Made by a program: the position numbers and the translations under genes. This document shows, piece by piece, positions 56,297-58,421 of a DNA stretch of 58,421 bases. Numbering within the stretch: the first letter of the stretch is position 1; every line of letters starts with the position of its first letter. Location: positions 1 to 58,421 of the IMG/VR virus record IMGVR_UViG_3300017963_000308; one strand, 5' to 3'. The notes beneath the pieces were generated by a model. That model did not search any database, had not been told where the DNA came from, and was given only the letters and a program-made list of their open reading frames with translations. The DNA is from a virus. Taxonomy: Duplodnaviria; Caudoviricetes.

Positions 56297-58421
56297 CAAA
56301 TCCAGTATACGACCAAGACAGATTTGCCAGAGTTTTTGATGATGGTGATTTAACAGGCTCAACATTGGGTACGGTCAATGCTGACTGGTCACAAGATGTT
56401 GACACAATATTTAGAATCCGGTTTCTAGTCCAGGAATCTAATAATAAAGCGACTAATAATGCCGATTTTCGATTGCGTTTTAATCATGGGGGAGCAGGAT
56501 ATATTGAAGTTGGATCTGCTACCGCGGTACAATATGCCTCAAGTGCGGAAACATCCTGGACATTAACCGATGGCGATGCTATTTCTACTGCTAGGCTTGG
56601 CGGCGGATCCATAAGTGGCGGCGAGTATGACGAAAATAACTCGTTTACTAATTTGGATTTTGGCGGTAATGATCAGGTTGAAATTGAATTCTGTCTTACC
56701 ATTGATAGTGCTTCGGTTAGCAACAATGATACGATTCTTTTCCAGGTTTATGAAGATGCGACAAATCCCCTCGATACATACACAAACACACCTACCGTCA
56801 CAGTAGTAGTCGCCGCCCCGGACGCGCTTACCGCCAGTGAAATAACGTTAGGTACCCCGAACTTTGAAACCCCAACGTTGACTCATATTCATGATTTAAC
56901 TGCGGTTGAGCTAACGTCGGGTGCGCCTGAGTTTGAAACCCCAACCATCGGGCAGAAGCATGCCCTTACCGCGACTGAAATAACATTAGGGGCACCTGAA
57001 TTTGCAATCCCTACTGTAGCAGAAGCTACCCCGGGCGACGTAAAAGTTAGAGTTGTGCAGGCAGCAGCAAATACAGGCGGCGGTGACCAAAGCTTTACAG
57101 ATTCCGGATTTGGGACTCCTAAAGCGGCCTTACTTTTCGTTAGTAAAGGTACAACTAATGGTACCGCGGCGGATCATGCTATTTTATCAGTAGGGGCTAC
57201 CGATGGCACAAATCAAATTGTAGTGGGGGCTAGATCCGCTCACGGGGTTAGCACGTCAGACGCGGATAGGCGGGGCGCAACTGACGAAGTTATAATGATG
57301 CTCGACAACACGGCTACTACTGTTGAGTGTGAAGCAAACTTCAAGCAGTGGGTGACGGATGGTATTCAAATTACTTGGGGGTCAAATCCCGATTCTGCCT
57401 ACTTGGTTACGGTTGTTCTTATCGGGGGCAGCGATGTCACCGCTAAGGTTGGTACATTAACGGCTAGCGGGGATGGAGTAGGAAATGATATAAATATTAG
57501 CGATACTCCAAACGTATTGTTCTACCTGGGTAATGGTACTGCCCTAAACGATACTACTGGGACATCTGCTCCATTCAATTATGGTTTTGCCTCAGACGTT
57601 ATTGCAAACCGGGCCGCTTCAATGGTTACCTCAAATGGGGAAACTGGTACAACTCAGACCGAAGCGATTATGTATGATACCCGGTCTTCCTTAAACCAGA
57701 CATCCTCTAATGGGGCATTAAATAGAGGTTTTGAAACAACCAATTTCTACACCAATCCCCCGGATTCGATTGATGGAATTGAAGTAACCTTAAGGGCTGG
57801 TGCTGGTTCGGCTGATTTAATTTCCGGTTATCTGTCCTTAAGTTTCAACGGCAATGCCAATTATGCGATTGGGACATACCAAACCCCAAGCTCTACCGGA
57901 AGTGATTCGTACAATGGCTTGAGTTTTACTCCGCAGTTTGTGATGTTTATTGCCAATCCGATTACTACGGCGTCTGTAAATTCCAATGACAGCAATCAAC
58001 CTGGGGCGATTGGTTTTGTCTTTGTTGATGCTGATGATAATGTTTTTTCAGTAGGTGTGGCAGATGAGGATGGAGTTAGTTTAGGAACAACTAATACCCA
58101 ATCCAGAACCGATAATGCAATTAGTTTTGCCGAAGATGACGGAACAATCAGCCATGATGCTACGCTAACCTCATTAGATAATGACGGCTGGACGTTTAGT
58201 TATTCTACCGCCAGCACGGTTTTCAATTGGCCGTTTTTGGCGATTGAATCGGTGGCCGGGGGTGGAACTGACGCCTTAACCTCCGTTGAGCTAACGTCCG
58301 GCGCGCCTGAGTTTGAAAACCCAACGTTAACCCATATCCACAATTTAACTGCGGTTGAACTGACATCCGGTGCTCCGGAGTTTGAAACCCCAACCATCGG
58401 GCAAGAACATGCGCTCACCGC
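56293..58421 (+). CDS. Large virion fibre-like protein, truncated by the window end (not in ORF track)
   Basis: ATGA overlap, MTNPVYDQDRFARVFDDG...; same frame at the start and in both repeat blocks; 23-aa Thr-rich repeats and GF..P domains. Confidence 0.85.
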   Translation, partial: MTNPVYDQDRFARVFDDGDLTGSTLGTVNADWSQDVDTIFRIRFLVQESNNKATNNADFRLRFNHGGAGYIEVGSATAVQYASSAETSWTLTDGDAISTARLGGGSISGGEYDENNSFTNLDFGGNDQVEIEFCLTIDSASVSNNDTILFQVYEDATNPLDTYTNTPTVTVVVAAPDALTASEITLGTPNFETPTLTHIHDLTAVELTSGAPEFETPTIGQKHALTATEITLGAPEFAIPTVAEATPGDVKVRVVQAAANTGGGDQSFTDSGFGTPKAALLFVSKGTTNGTAADHAILSVGATDGTNQIVVGARSAHGVSTSDADRRGATDEVIMMLDNTATTVECEANFKQWVTDGIQITWGSNPDSAYLVTVVLIGGSDVTAKVGTLTASGDGVGNDINISDTPNVLFYLGNGTALNDTTGTSAPFNYGFASDVIANRAASMVTSNGETGTTQTEAIMYDTRSSLNQTSSNGALNRGFETTNFYTNPPDSIDGIEVTLRAGAGSADLISGYLSLSFNGNANYAIGTYQTPSSTGSDSYNGLSFTPQFVMFIANPITTASVNSNDSNQPGAIGFVFVDADDNVFSVGVADEDGVSLGTTNTQSRTDNAISFAEDDGTISHDATLTSLDNDGWTFSYSTASTVFNWPFLAIESVAGGGTDALTSVELTSGAPEFENPTLTHIHNLTAVELTSGAPEFETPTIGQEHALT

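Larger units (their letters stand above)
1..58421. mobile_element. Tailed dsDNA bacteriophage genome segment (siphovirus-like), partial
   Basis: TerL, portal, protease, capsid, tail tube, G/GT chaperones, tape measure and fibre genes in canonical order; no sheath; no host housekeeping context. Confidence 0.97.

Noticed and set aside
52574-58421. Diversity-generating retroelement or shufflon acting on the fibre genes
   Set aside because: No reverse transcriptase or invertase; repeat differences are mostly third-position changes, not adenine-specific.

Overview
This is a 58.4-kb internal segment of a tailed dsDNA phage (siphovirus-like, non-contractile tail). No integrase, tRNA or host genes are visible and both ends are cut mid-module. 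The host is inferred, not shown, to be Chloroflexota-like (GAAC-N4-GTTC LexA box, TadE-like pilin, a domain I recall from Anaerolineae/Caldilineae). Layout: (i) 1-3453, a leftward array of 11 small ORFs separated by nine hairpin repeats from three sequence families that share one fold and a conserved start-associated sequence; (ii) 3454-5527, a 2-kb non-coding divergent control region; (iii) 5528-13323, rightward small genes, membrane proteins, a nuclease and a DnaN beta-clamp; (iv) 13437-17634, TerS, an extra head-decoration paralogue, TerL and portal; (v) 17695-36547, a 19-kb block between portal and protease with 7 glycosyltransferase genes (8 domains), 4 methyltransferases, 2 sulfotransferases, a sugar aminotransferase and 3 nucleotide hydrolases; (vi) 36544-36895, three tandem promoter/hairpin units resembling antisense sRNAs; (vii) 36915-58421, head, neck, tail tube, frameshifted chaperones, tape measure and tail-tip/fibre genes, with a TadE-like pilin embedded. 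The best candidates for undescribed biology are the hairpin-delimited cassette array, the methylated/sulfated glycan pathway in the head operon, and the tandem anti-RBS sRNA units. All protein calls come from motif recognition by eye; no searches were run.
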